This document shows, in pieces, positions 38,605 to 50,024 of a stretch of 64,000 bases of DNA (the first letter of the stretch is position 1; the number at the start of each line of letters is the position of its first letter). A program made the position numbers and the translations under genes. The DNA is from Balanoglossus misakiensis (taxonomy: Eukaryota > Animalia > Hemichordata): NCBI GenBank assembly GCA_040954595.2, contig CM082577.2, positions 15,073,903 to 15,137,902 of the forward strand. Reading direction: 5' to 3'. The notes below the pieces were generated by a model. It saw nothing but the letters and a program-made list of their open reading frames with translations, made no database searches and was not told where the DNA came from.

Positions 38605-38857
38605 GCTATGGCTAATGCCCGGGTCACTGTTACCGGGGCGATAAAGACCGTCATTTTCAAGTCGGGAGACCAGAGGAACGTTTTTGTGGTTACATTAGGT
38701 GAAGGCGGGAAACCAGTGTACAGTGTTATTTCGTATGAAGACCATGAAGATAGCGGTGTTTATGATTTTGACGTTGACAAATACAGGTCTATGAGAAGAT
38801 CCGAGAAAGAAGTACTTGGAGACCGGAAAACTCGACGTGAAGAACGTTTCGAAAAGG
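38605..38857 (+). CDS. Repeat-domain protein exon 7 (domain 3b)
   Basis: tatctccag|GCT ATG; NARVTV...IFKSGDQRNVFVVTLGEGGKPVY; AAG G|gtatga. Confidence 0.85.
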
Positions 38858-38999
38858 GTATGAACAATTTCTAATAAGTGTGACATACGCTCTAAGAAAA
38901 TGTCTTGTTTTCCATCAAGAAATTTGTCAATGTACAATGTCAGTTCTGTGATGTGGTGTGGAAACCACAATTCTGCCCAGGATACTAAAGCCCAGGATA

Positions 39000-39133
39000 T
39001 ACTTAACTCCAATGGCGAACAAAACCACTGCTACTTATACTATATATGTTTATTCACCTCACTCTTATACTTAACTCCAATGGCGAACAAAACCACTGCT
39101 ACTTATACTATATATGTTTATTCACCTCACTCT
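39000..39133. repeat. Two-copy ~65 bp tandem duplication
   Basis: tacttaactccaatggcgaacaaaaccactgctacttatactatatatgtttattcacctcactct twice. Confidence 0.9.
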
Positions 39134-39435
39134 GTATTCCGTACTATAGGTTGGCTGAGACCGTACCACGTGACATAGAAAAGAACGTGATATTACATGG
39201 TTGACGGAGTCTATGGCCCGTAGGTAGGGGCTACGGGCCGGGGATACGCGCGCGCTGAGAGTATATTGCAGGCTGAGAACAGGTTTTAGGTTCTGCGCAT
39301 CTCTTCTGCGCATAACAAACTTTCGTTCAATGGCTTCCTTCACGATCAGTCAACTCCCGCATATATGGCTTCAAAGCGACACACAGGATTAACAGCTGTT
39401 CAACTGGACGATATTTTACCGCAAACGGACAGTAA

Positions 39436-39580
39436 GGCTGCATTCACAAACACCTCTGGAGGGGGGGGGGGGCGGGAGAATTCAATTTTTTTTACCGCTA
39501 ATTTTCACATGCCCCCCTACACAACCCGAAATATTTTCAAATCCCCCCTTCCGAACTGGCAAAATTTTGAAATCCCCGTT
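39436..39580. mobile_element. Truncated copy of the 54392-55192 MITE
   Basis: taa|ggctgcattcacaaacacctctggaggg... near-identical to 54392 onward; no right TIR. Confidence 0.8.
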
Positions 39581-40102
39581 CGAAGTAGGTAGGGCGAGAT
39601 ATTTTAGTTAGCTGCAACTTGCAATGTACGACATGGACGCAACCCTCTATGCTGTATGTATGGTCAAATGTTCTGTATAATAAAATTAATAACACATGTC
39701 ATGCTCGAGCAATATCATGATCTTTGGCCTGCCCTCGGGCTGGTGATCTCTGACCATAATATTGCGGCTCGGGCATCATCAATATTATGGTCAGAGATCA
39801 CCATGCAGGCCAAAGATCATGATATTGCCCTCGCTAACATGTGTTATTATTTAAAGGCTGTGAATATTACAAGAAAATGTAAGGAATACCCAACACAAAT
39901 ACTGAAAATCCGTTTCTCCTTTAGACTGACACGGTATGTCACATGCATTGGACAATATGTAGAATATCACATACCTTCCTATTACGCATACTTCTGGTTT
40001 CACCAATTATCTTGTCACGTTACAGCGCAGTACGTGTTTTCCGCATTTCGCCTGATACACTGAATTACGTGTTGGGAAACGTGGATTCTATTTTCTTTTC
40101 AG

Positions 40103-40260
40103 GGGAAAGTGATTACACGAGGAGGTGCTATCCATCGATCACTTTCAAGAACATCCACGACGCCATTTTGGATATTGGGTCATCTACGGGACAGTTGTCT
40201 GAGGAAGATGTGATATGCCTACGCCATTGCAACAGCCTGCTTGAAAAATATGACGACAAG
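40103..40260 (+). CDS. Repeat-domain protein exon 8 (domain 4a)
   Basis: ttttcttttcag|GG GAA; DYTRRCYPSITFKNIHDAI...EDVICLRHCNSLLEKYDDK|gtagat. Confidence 0.85.
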
Positions 40261-40714
40261 GTAGATATTTAATCATGTTATAAACAAAGGGTCTTACGTA
40301 TCATACAATTTTATTATGTGCGGGGAGAAATGTGCAAGTGCCAGAAACAAATATAACGAGGAATGTACGCAGTGTAATGTACATGTACATGTAAATGTAA
40401 TCTGATTGAAATCAGATGTAGGGAACGGCGACGTCTTTTACTTACGCGGTACGGCATAAAAAACACGTCGCCGTTCCCTACATCTGATTTTAATCAGATT
40501 GATGTAAATGTAAATGTAAATGCACGAGTCATGTAGACCATAACCATTGAGACATTGAGAATATGGCAGACTCTGATAACCTCGCCAGTGATTTTCATGG
40601 TTATGTATAACCAAACAGTGGCTGGTAAGTCTGTTCTATAATAGGCATTCCTTTCCACATCACTTGTCATTAATGTCATCGATAGCTGAAAGTCGTCCAT
40701 GTTAATTATTGCAG

Positions 40715-40910
40715 GTTTTCAGAAACGCACACATTACTGTGTATTGCAAACGGCCAGTTGTGTTTACGTCTGGAGAAGAGACCAATCGATTTGAAGTCAT
40801 AGCCAATGAGAATGGGATACCAATTCATCGTGTCCTTTGCATGAACATTGGTGACGACAAGCCACATCCATCGGAATCCTGTGACCAGAGGTCTTCACTG
40901 ACTTTCACAG
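40715..40910 (+). CDS. Repeat-domain protein exon 9 (domain 4b)
   Basis: attgcag|GTT TTC; VFRNAHITVYC...FTSGEETNRFEVIANENGIPIHR; ACA G|gtatca. Confidence 0.85.
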
Positions 40911-41495
40911 GTATCATCAATACATAGTCACGATTATGATTTGATTATACGCACAATATGCTTACAATAACAGTATTTATAATATACCTCATGCTAATAC
41001 TGTGTCGCGATTTGCCAGAATCCGTCACGTGACAGGAAAATACAATCGACTATGAATCCCTAGGGAAATAGCAGAAAAAATATAAACCGGTCACGTGACC
41101 AGCGTGAGTGCGCAGACTCGGTCACGTCAATCAGTGTCGCGTCGTCTGACACAATGGTCACCGCTGGAGATGTCGTCTGCCAACCTCAAGAGAAAATTGC
41201 AAGATTTTCCCAACTGTTAGCATGAGGTTCATTATAAAACACCTATGGCCTGGCTTATATTCGGGCCATAGCAGCCGTTTTTACCCCTTCGTGGCTGTGA
41301 GTTACCAGAATCATATGCTATTTCACTCGGCCTATATACGGCTTGGGGAAATAGCATGTGATTCTGGTAACTCACAGCCTCTCTAGGGTAATAAACGGCT
41401 GTTATGGCCCTCATTAGCCAGGCAATAGGTGTTCAATATTTTACACTGTTTTGCCTTTTAAGTGACAGCAAAATTTTGCCAACTTTATCCCATAG

Positions 41496-41650
41496 AATCA
41501 GTCAAGATATGTGACCCTCAGATTACATTTCAACATATATACATTTTGTATGAAGCCATTGCAGAGTGTAAAACAAGCGGGGATCTGTACCTGGATTCTA
41601 TCACGTGTCTTCGCGAGTGTTATAAAATAATAAAGGCATATGATAGTAAG
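41496..41650 (+). CDS. Repeat-domain protein exon 10 (domain 5a)
   Basis: tttatcccatag|AA TCA; SVKICDPQITFQHI...ITCLRECYKIIKAYDSK|gtatgt. Confidence 0.85.
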
Positions 41651-42657
41651 GTATGTCACTTTTGCTCTTTGTTAGAGATTAAACGCTGTGATCGATATTT
41701 GAAATTATTAACACACAAGAAAACTCGATCTCCATAGTGTTGTGGTTAGGTAATACATTAACCCTGAGTCTCACAGACGCGCTCTGTTCATTAGAGAAAT
41801 AATGGACGACGTCCTGACCATTAACGTTTGTTTATGGGCGAAGGCGAGGGGAAAGCCAAAAATTCATGGGTGAGGCTTCCGAGCTTATGGATTTTGGCTT
41901 TCCTCGAGTCCTCGCCCATTAACAAACGTTAGTGGTTAGGGCGGAGTCGGTTATTTCCATTACATTACTGACGAACTCAAGAAAATCGTCAAAATTTACG
42001 AAAATGTCCCACGCAAAAGACTAGGGGGCCACGGAACTTGTGTTACGCAAAATTTTGTATTCGCTGCGCCACCACTTGGCAGTGTTAGTTATTTGCAGTG
42101 TTACCTTTGACCTCCCTACCCACAATGCTTTGCATGTGCCTATGCTCTCTCTCTTGTTTTGTATGTCCGCCATGTTGTAGTAGCGGTGAAGATCGTTTGC
42201 ATTAAAACCGATCCTGTTATCGACCTTCGGTGTCTGGTTGTAGTCTTTGCTGGTGTCTGATAACACAGTGGTTGTGTCCACGTTGGCGCTGAACTGTTTG
42301 TTAATATTACTATTCAGATTTACGGGCATGTAAACAAACCATTACTGAGTATTTGTGGTCAGTGACGTCGTTCATCTCGACCAATTAAAAAGCGACGCAC
42401 AGGCCATGGTAACCTCTATAATAGAGTCAATCGCTCAAACAACGCGCTTCCGGTGTTTAGTGAAGAATTTTCGTTCACCTGATTCGCGGTAGGTGTGTCA
42501 GGTGACGTGTCAGGTCGACGAACCGTATCAGCCAAATAATTACAGCTATTTAAATGTACTGGAAGAGACAACATTGACATTCCGTCACATACGCAATGAA
42601 TCTTATATTAGCATATGAAATAGAAGTGAATTAATTGCATATTTATTGCACAAACAG

Positions 42658-42862
42658 ACCCTGAAGAATGCTCGAATAACAGTCGTCGGAACGTCGAAGA
42701 AAACTATATTCACATCAGGGCATGAGACGAACAAATTCATAGTCACTTTAGACAGCGATGGAAAACCTGTGTATGACATAATTTCACAAGATTGTGCAGA
42801 ATCTGTAAAGGAGGTGTCATCGACTAAAGGGCTAAGTACATTGCACAGTTCTAACAAGAAAG
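42658..42862 (+). CDS. Repeat-domain protein exon 11 (domain 5b)
   Basis: aaacag|ACC CTG; TLKNARITV...IFTSGHETNKFIVTLDSDGKPVY; AAA G|gtatgc. Confidence 0.85.
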
Positions 42863-42899
42863 GTATGCAATTTACATACAAATATACATGCATGCATGC

Positions 42900-43024
42900 A
42901 TACATACGTACATACATACATACATACATACATACATACATACATACATACATACATACATACATACATACATACATACATACATACATACATACATACA
43001 TACATACATACATACATACATACA
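42900..43024. repeat. (TACA)n microsatellite
   Basis: Direct inspection. Confidence 0.95.
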
Positions 43025-43105
43025 ATTATTGCTGATTTCAGTACAGTGCAATAGTGCATGTGATGTCCTATTGTTAATCGGAATATTTCTCATCCAAATT
43101 TTCAG

Positions 43106-43248
43106 AGATGGAGAAAATTTGCGAACCATCGATCACATTTGAGTGCATAAGTCAATTTATCAGCGAACTGGAGTCTATATACTTTGACCAAGAAGACCAA
43201 CGTTGTGCAAAATATTGCTATGCTCTTCTTAAGAAACGTGATAAGCAG
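43106..43248 (+). CDS. Repeat-domain protein exon 12 (domain 6a)
   Basis: aattttcag|AG ATG; MEKICEPSITFECISQFISELES...EDQRCAKYCYALLKKRDKQ|gtacga. Confidence 0.85.
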
Positions 43249-43461
43249 GTACGAATTCCTTAAGTGTCACCGATTCAATTATATTCGCTGTATGTGATAA
43301 GGCGTTCTAAATTACAAAATTACGGTTTTCAATTGATTAATACCATAGCTCCTACCTCAAAGTTCTGAGATGTTAGAATAAGTTATTCATTCCGACAACA
43401 TTATTACAATACTATAGAAGATGCACTAAAACATCGATTTCTCTCTCTTGTACTGAGATAG

Positions 43462-44411
43462 ATCTGGAAAAATGCTTCAATTAATGTACACTGTAAGAAG
43501 GTAAAGGTTGTACTGAAAGCGGGAGATTCGAGGAGACACATTTTCGATGTTGCTGTGGATCACATGGGGCAGGCGGTCCACTATGAAAGATGTGGCTATG
43601 ACAGCGGCAGTAATTGCGAGACAGATACAAGCTGCGAAGGAGATGAGCACCATGGTTTCATCAAAGGAAGCTATCCGCCTCCATCACCATCCAAACCACC
43701 AGCGCCCCCTACACCAACGGAAACACTCCCATCACCGACACCGTTGTACTATCATCAGCAGAGGCAGCAGCAACGGCAGCAAACGTCACATCCGGTGTGG
43801 CAGACGAGTCATACCCCTTCAGTACCACCATTATGGCAGGCAACCAATCACCAGCAGAAACAGGGCTATCAGCCATCACAGAGACCGCCTTACCCATATT
43901 ACGAGATGTACGGCACCAGTGTCCAAGACGGGCAAGAGAACCAGGGGCACTATGATATGATGCAACAATATAATGCACCTTCGTCATCACCGTTGCAACA
44001 ACCACAGCCACAAAGGCATTCGTTTTCAGTGCCTACTACACTCGGGATGATGCAAGAACAGAAGCGGCCCTCGCGACAGCAAGCAAAAACGCATTATTCA
44101 TTACCACCGTTATGGAGGACCAGCGCGGAGATGAAACATCACCTTTCCTCGCAGAAACAGGATTGTCATCCAGCACAAGGAACGTCGTATTCTCATGAAA
44201 CGGATACCAGCCCTACTGAAGGTGAGGAAGAGGAGGATCACTTTCATGATGAGACTCAAACACAGCCGAGACACTCATCATCCCCACCAAAAACCACACC
44301 AAGGGCGCAGAAACAGAAACCTCAACATCCTCCACCATCTTCAATACAAACACCACAAAGCCAGGATAAACAGTCTTCCTCCGATGCAAGCTTTCATGAT
44401 TGTTCCGAAAG
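43462..44411 (+). CDS. Repeat-domain protein exon 13 (domain 6b + ~270 aa P/Q/S-rich disordered region)
   Basis: gatag|ATC TGG AAA AAT GCT; IWKNASINVHC...KAGDSRRHIFDVAVDHMGQ then low complexity; GAA AG|gtggga phase 2. Confidence 0.85.
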
Positions 44412-44557
44412 GTGGGATTTCTTACACTGAAACGGCGAGAACGAATAGTCGTTTATCTAAACACAAATAATCCTATGTAGAGTAACAACGAAATTAGCAA
44501 ATAGTTAAACGTTTGCACGGATGATGTCATCGGAAAACTCTATTTGTTCTTATGACT

Positions 44558-44700
44558 GTATGTATGTATGTATGTATGTATGTATGTATGTATGTATGTA
44601 TGTATGTATGTATGTATGTATGTATGTATGTATGTATGTATGTATGTATGTATGTATGTATGTATGTATGTATGGATGGATGGATGGATGGATGGATGGG
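44558..44700. repeat. (TATG)n/(GATG)n microsatellite
   Basis: Direct inspection. Confidence 0.95.
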
Positions 44701-44766
44701 TTTTAATAGGTTTTATGCATGCATGTGCATATTAAAATGCATGTTTTCATGCTTATATAATGACAG

Positions 44767-44828
44767 GTCTGATGAAAGAATGGACGAGCTGAAGGAAGAC
44801 AAAATTGTACTTCGCAATCCTTATGAAG
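44767..44828 (+). CDS. Repeat-domain protein exon 14 (linker)
   Basis: tgacag|G TCT GAT ... TAT GAA G|gtatgt; phase 2-1 bridges exons 13 and 15 exactly. Confidence 0.75.
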
Positions 44829-44960
44829 GTATGTTACGGCAACACTGATCACATTTGGCTAATCACTGCAGTTCATCTGTAGTACTGTGTGATTTTACAT
44901 GTGCCTGCCTGCCTGCCTGTCTAGCTAGCCTGTCTGTATGTCCGTCCGTCCGTCCGTCCG

Positions 44961-45235
44961 TATGTATGTATGTATGTATGTATGTATGTATGTATGTATG
45001 TATGTATGTATGTATGTATGTATGTATGTATGTATGTATGTATGTATGTATGTATGTATGTATGTATGTATGCATGCATGCATGCATGTATGCATGTATG
45101 TATGTATGTATGTATGTATGTATGTATGTATGCATGCATGCATGCATGCATGCATGCATGCATGTATGCATGTATGTATGTATGTATGTATGTATGCATA
45201 TGTATGTATGCATGTATGCATGCATGCATGTATGC
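44961..45235. repeat. (TATG)n/(CATG)n compound microsatellite
   Basis: Direct inspection. Confidence 0.95.
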
Positions 45236-45414
45236 ATCTGTTGACCAAAATACACGTTTTTCAAAAACAGGAGAATTCAACAAAATTAAATGGTTAGGTG
45301 CTATTTTTTATGAGAACTGTTGGAATTTATTTGCAGTGGTTTGCATGTTATTGCAGTCATCAACGATTAATAGCTATTTCTGAAAATGGTTGCCTATATG
45401 TACTTTCCGAACAG

Positions 45415-45566
45415 AGCATGAAGGGCGTGTATTTGTACATGAAGTCAAGGATCTTACTGAAGAAAATATTGCAATTGAAGAATTAAAGAAAAATCGTACC
45501 ATCACTCCTTCCGATTCCGAGTGTTTCAAAAAGGCAAAAGAACTAGTACAGAGATGCAGAGAAGAG
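45415..45566 (+). CDS. Repeat-domain protein exon 15 (divergent domain 7a)
   Basis: ctttccgaacag|AG CAT; ...TPSDSECFKKAKELVQRCREE|gtgggt; phase 1-0, 152 nt like the other a-exons. Confidence 0.75.
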
Positions 45567-45927
45567 GTGGGTTATACAAGAGTATAGGAGATTTATATAC
45601 TCGTTCTTTTGGTGAATAATTCTAAAAGAAATGGTTAACGACAGCATGGGTTATTTTGAGGAAACGTATGCAATTATGACAAAACTCCATGACCTCCGCG
45701 GGCGATCTGTGTCGTTCGTAAGTTACTTTTTAATCGCGATGCGGAGTATTCTATTGTTTTTTCACTCGCTGTACTGCCGCAGAAAACACACCACGAAAAC
45801 AACTTCCGTACTGCATGCACAGATCGCGCGCAGAGGTCATGAAGTCCGGCCATATTATCTTATTTCGATTTTAATAGAAGCCGAAATTCGATACTTATTT
45901 CACGAATAAATTTAGCATTATTTATTT

Positions 45928-45937
45928 TCTTTCTTTT

Positions 45938-46009
<72 letters not shown>

Positions 46010-46010
46010 T
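45928..46010. repeat. (TTTC)n microsatellite serving as polypyrimidine tract
   Basis: Directly precedes accttaccag| acceptor at 46020. Confidence 0.9.
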
Positions 46011-46020
46011 ACCTTACCAG

Positions 46021-46365
46021 GGGACAACAAAGAATATGAAAATGTATATCGAATGTAGCTATGGAACTCATAAGTTCCGATCTGGATGCGGCAAACGCAA
46101 ATATATAATATACTGGGATGATGAGAAGAACGAACCGGCAGTGGACAAGAAGAAAAAATTATTGGCTCGACCGCGACATATGCTGCAGCGAACAGCCCCA
46201 CGTGCATTTGTCACAGCTGCTAAAATAGCAACTGCTAGCGTCCCTATTGTTGGCCCTGTAGTTTCACTAGGTTCAGAAATGGTCTCTAACTCCACTCGGG
46301 GGCCTGTTAGGAAGGCCCTTAAACATGTTAAACACCGAATGTTCCGAAAGAGAATAAAATATTAA
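46021..46365 (+). CDS. Repeat-domain protein terminal exon 16 (domain 7b + basic C-terminus)
   Basis: ccag|GGG ACA ACA; KNMKMYIEC...KFRSGCGKRKYIIYWDDEKNEP; stop TAA ends at 46365. Confidence 0.8.
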   Translation, partial: GTTKNMKMYIECSYGTHKFRSGCGKRKYIIYWDDEKNEPAVDKKKKLLARPRHMLQRTAPRAFVTAAKIATASVPIVGPVVSLGSEMVSNSTRGPVRKALKHVKHRMFRKRIKY

Positions 46366-48176
46366 TGTTTATAACTTTAAAGCAAAACCCTGACATGTGT
46401 AACATTTTGAAAGAATTGTAGGTCTACTTGTAACTTTGCATTTTATGCGGAGAATTGAGAAATGAAGATGAGGATGCTGATGCTGCTGATGCTGGTGATG
46501 ATGATAAATGCAAAGTTTAACCAGTATAGTCTCACAGCTGTGTTTCACGCGCAAGTAAAGCTCTATCTTGCGAGAATGGTACATGCATGATAGAAATTTG
46601 ACGATCAATGATTTACAGGGGTATGTCGAAAATTTTACTGTATTATTGTGTATGCATCAACACTTTCCTTATTGGCAGGACACCATGGTTTGTACCTTCT
46701 GGAGTTTACTTGTGATTTATTTGTAAAACTCCATTCCAGCTTTTCCCCACACTAAAACTGAACAGGGTGGACTAGTCACACCTCCCTTAATCCTACTGTT
46801 CCCAATGTTTATCTCGTCAATATAACTATCACATGCTTTTAGCACCTTTTCTCAGGTCCTTGAACCTGGTTGGTAGAAATTGGCTGTTCTGGCCATCTTG
46901 ATCACCACTTTGGAATGATTGGGTAGGTGACTTGGACTATAATTCTGACACAAAACTGATCATGAGTGTGGGCTGATTGCATACAAAAAATATTTCGAAA
47001 GTACTTCCTGTAAAAAAGGGAGGCGGCTCCACACACCAGACTTTTTTGTTTATGTACATGATGTACACGTGCGGGGTTTGTCAGCTTGATGTAATAGCCA
47101 TTCTCAAGATTTCCAATTGTTATAAGAGTGTACGTAAACAATAAAAGTAAACTCATGAATATTAATAGCGTGGTGTCTAAATTGTGTGGGGAAAAGCTGT
47201 CATGTCCTGTTCCCGCTTCTGAATACCTTGTCTCTCTCTCTATACTCTACGCGCTCTCAACTACCTGTGCATGTAACGATGATACTCTCGTTATTTGTGG
47301 AAGTTCTCAGGTCAAGTTAAGGAAAGATCGTCTGATGTATACGCGTGTACAGCGAGCACAAGGTTGTTGACAGGACGGCCTGGGAACTTTGTCCTGCTAG
47401 AATGCAGACTATTTCGTGGGCTATATAGGCTTCTACGTCGATTCCGCCTATGAACTGAGGGTTTTTAAAAGGGCGTCGGTACACTACAGTACAGTAAGTG
47501 ATTCAATTGAATAACGAAGTCAAATGTCACACTTGCCTTGGGCGCCGTCAATGACCTTTGGCTTTTCAAAGACGCGTCTCTGAAAAGCCAAAGGTCATTG
47601 ACGGCGCCCTCTGGAGAGGCAAATGTCACACCAGTTCTTCAACCATAACAGTGCCTAGTCAGCAATTAATATTCGGTGTCCTTTCCTTACCCCCTATAAT
47701 CCGGCTATACCTTGACCATGGAGAATCTGAACTGGTATCAAACCGTGTAATGTCAACTTTTTGACCGCTTTTTAGTACACACACTCAGTCCGCCTCATCG
47801 GCGTATAGACATGCTGCACTATCGGATCAGTTAACTGCAAATTTTTAAATTTAATAAACTTTGCTTATTAGTGATTTACATGTATAGATAGACTTGCTCC
47901 AAGTCTACGGGCTTCATTATGTGTCGGGAACGCGTCGGCCAATAGACTCGCTTGGTCGACGCAACCCGAAACCACAAGCTCAGTCCCAAATTCGAAACTC
48001 ACCTCACTACCAACACGCTCAAGGCAAGCATGCACGCAACAAGTGTTGAGATTATTTATTAAGACAAATAAACACCGAAAACACAAAAAGTATCAAGATT
48101 TTAAAAATCACCAAGCGACTAGTGGGTTAGTCTAATGTACAGACTATGAGACTTATCTGACGAAGCTATGTGCTAA

Positions 48177-48423
48177 GGCCAAAACAAATAATGTGCTGTT
48201 CCGATTATATGGTTTTCAAAAATAGGGTAGGTTATATCTTTGGCCGCCGTAGTGTAGAAAAATGACGTCTTAGTTCTTGCGTGATGCTCGGAATTTTCAT
48301 ATATTGTGTGCATTTGACATCATTATTTTACTTCCGGTTTACGAAGTTCTAAAAGTTTAGGGTCGGTGGGCTAAAATTAGGGTAGGTCGGGTAATCGGAA
48401 CAGAATATAATTTGTATTAGGCC
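48177..48423. mobile_element. Harbinger/Tourist-like MITE, family 1 copy 3 (internally deleted)
   Basis: taa|ggccaaaa...tgctgttccgatta...gtaatcggaacag...ggcc. Confidence 0.75.
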
Positions 48424-49563
48424 GCTCTAGAAGACTTTTAGCACCGTCATGTTAATTAATGTATAATTCGAGTAAAATCTTAATTCGTGCAGTGAATCTT
48501 GTTAATTTAGTGTTCTTGCGTTGAACTTGATGAAACTTGAAAGGGGTCATCATGATCTCAAAAGTTTTGCACTGCATAGAAACGATTTGCGGCTTTAAAA
48601 AAACTGAAAAGTTGTATAGTTCATGTAATTATTTAATTAGTGCAGTATTAGCAAAGGTTCTGTGAATTAAACTTTGATCCCCCAGAAAACTAGTTATCGA
48701 CACCGGTCAACCTATATAATTTTACATCAGTGTCTCTTTTAAGTAGCGTTTGCGGGTAAAAGGTACTGAGATACAATACCAATCGAAATATAGGTCATGG
48801 TTGACTCTTTTACAAGACAATGATCCACATCAGTGATCAGTCCAAATGTTGCGTTACTGCATTTTGTGGAACACAAATTTATCGGTGTATACATTAGGTT
48901 GGACTTTTGTACACCAAATCTTCAAAATCAATTTGTAGTCGCAAAGGTATGCGTTTGAAATCTTGAATCTCTTTTCTTTTCGAGAGATTATCTGGTTTAG
49001 GACGGATACTGAAACGTAAACATGCCGTGAGGACATCACAAACCTTATATGTTTGGCCTCTGTGCATTTGTTCGGACGGTGAAACTTACAACGCGTATTT
49101 TTATCAGTGGAAATATGCTGTATCAGAAAATAAAATACTGTTAACCCAGCCCGTACGCATGTGATGGTCGCAACGTCCATGAATGGTGAATAGTGTAGCT
49201 TTGTAATGTGCAACACGTGACATTCTAAACCATAAATACATGTATCATGATAGCTGAGTTTTCTCTGATCCAAAAGACCCATGGACTTAGTTCTACCAGA
49301 GGTAGTATTTTAACTTTCTCGATATATTTAACAGGCACATGTATACTCGAGCACCTAAGTCGGTTATGATTTTAATATGCTGACATTTAATGCGAAAACC
49401 TTGTTAAAGAACACTGTCGTTGTTTATGACTATTAAGGTGTTTATTGCTATCTTGTTTTATTTTGGATTTTGTAATACGAGCACAGACACTGAAATTCAT
49501 CTTTCGTTGTAGATAGCGCCATCAGCGTTCAGTTCTGGCAAAAAATGACTTCATACACCCGAG

Positions 49564-50024
49564 GCAGTTGATAACACAGGGGACTGCAAATATGAAAGTT
49601 ATAAATGGCGAAGTACGTTCTGTTCTGCGTTTTCCCAACCTGTCTTATCATTTGCTAATCCAGAATAAAAGCTATCTATTTCCCATTAATCACCTGCTAA
49701 CGACTTAATCTGTGTGCCCCATCCACGGATTAAGTTGATAAAATAAACATCGGTCAGCGAGTACTTTTACCGAGTGAGAACTGACCGATGTTTACTTAAT
49801 CCACTAAATCCGTGGATGGGGCACACAGATTAAGTCGTTAGCAGGTGCTTAATGGGAAATGCTATAGCTTGTATTCTGGATTAGCAACTGATAAGGCAGG
49901 AGGGAGTAACACAGAAAAATAACAAGCACAGAGACTGTTCAGCAAGTACTGTTTATTGGGGGAAAATGCAGGAACTCCGCCATTTATAACTTTCATGTTT
50001 GCAGCCCCCTATGTTGATAACTGC
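49564..50024. mobile_element. Long palindromic (hairpin) element, ~190 bp arms
   Basis: gcagttgataacacagggg.../...cccctatgttgataactgc; cacctgctaacgacttaatctgtgtgccccatccacggatt and its inverse; centre ~49770. Confidence 0.8.

Noticed and set aside
42603-45383. MYVC/HTYI-repeat ORFs
   Set aside because: Tetranucleotide microsatellite translations
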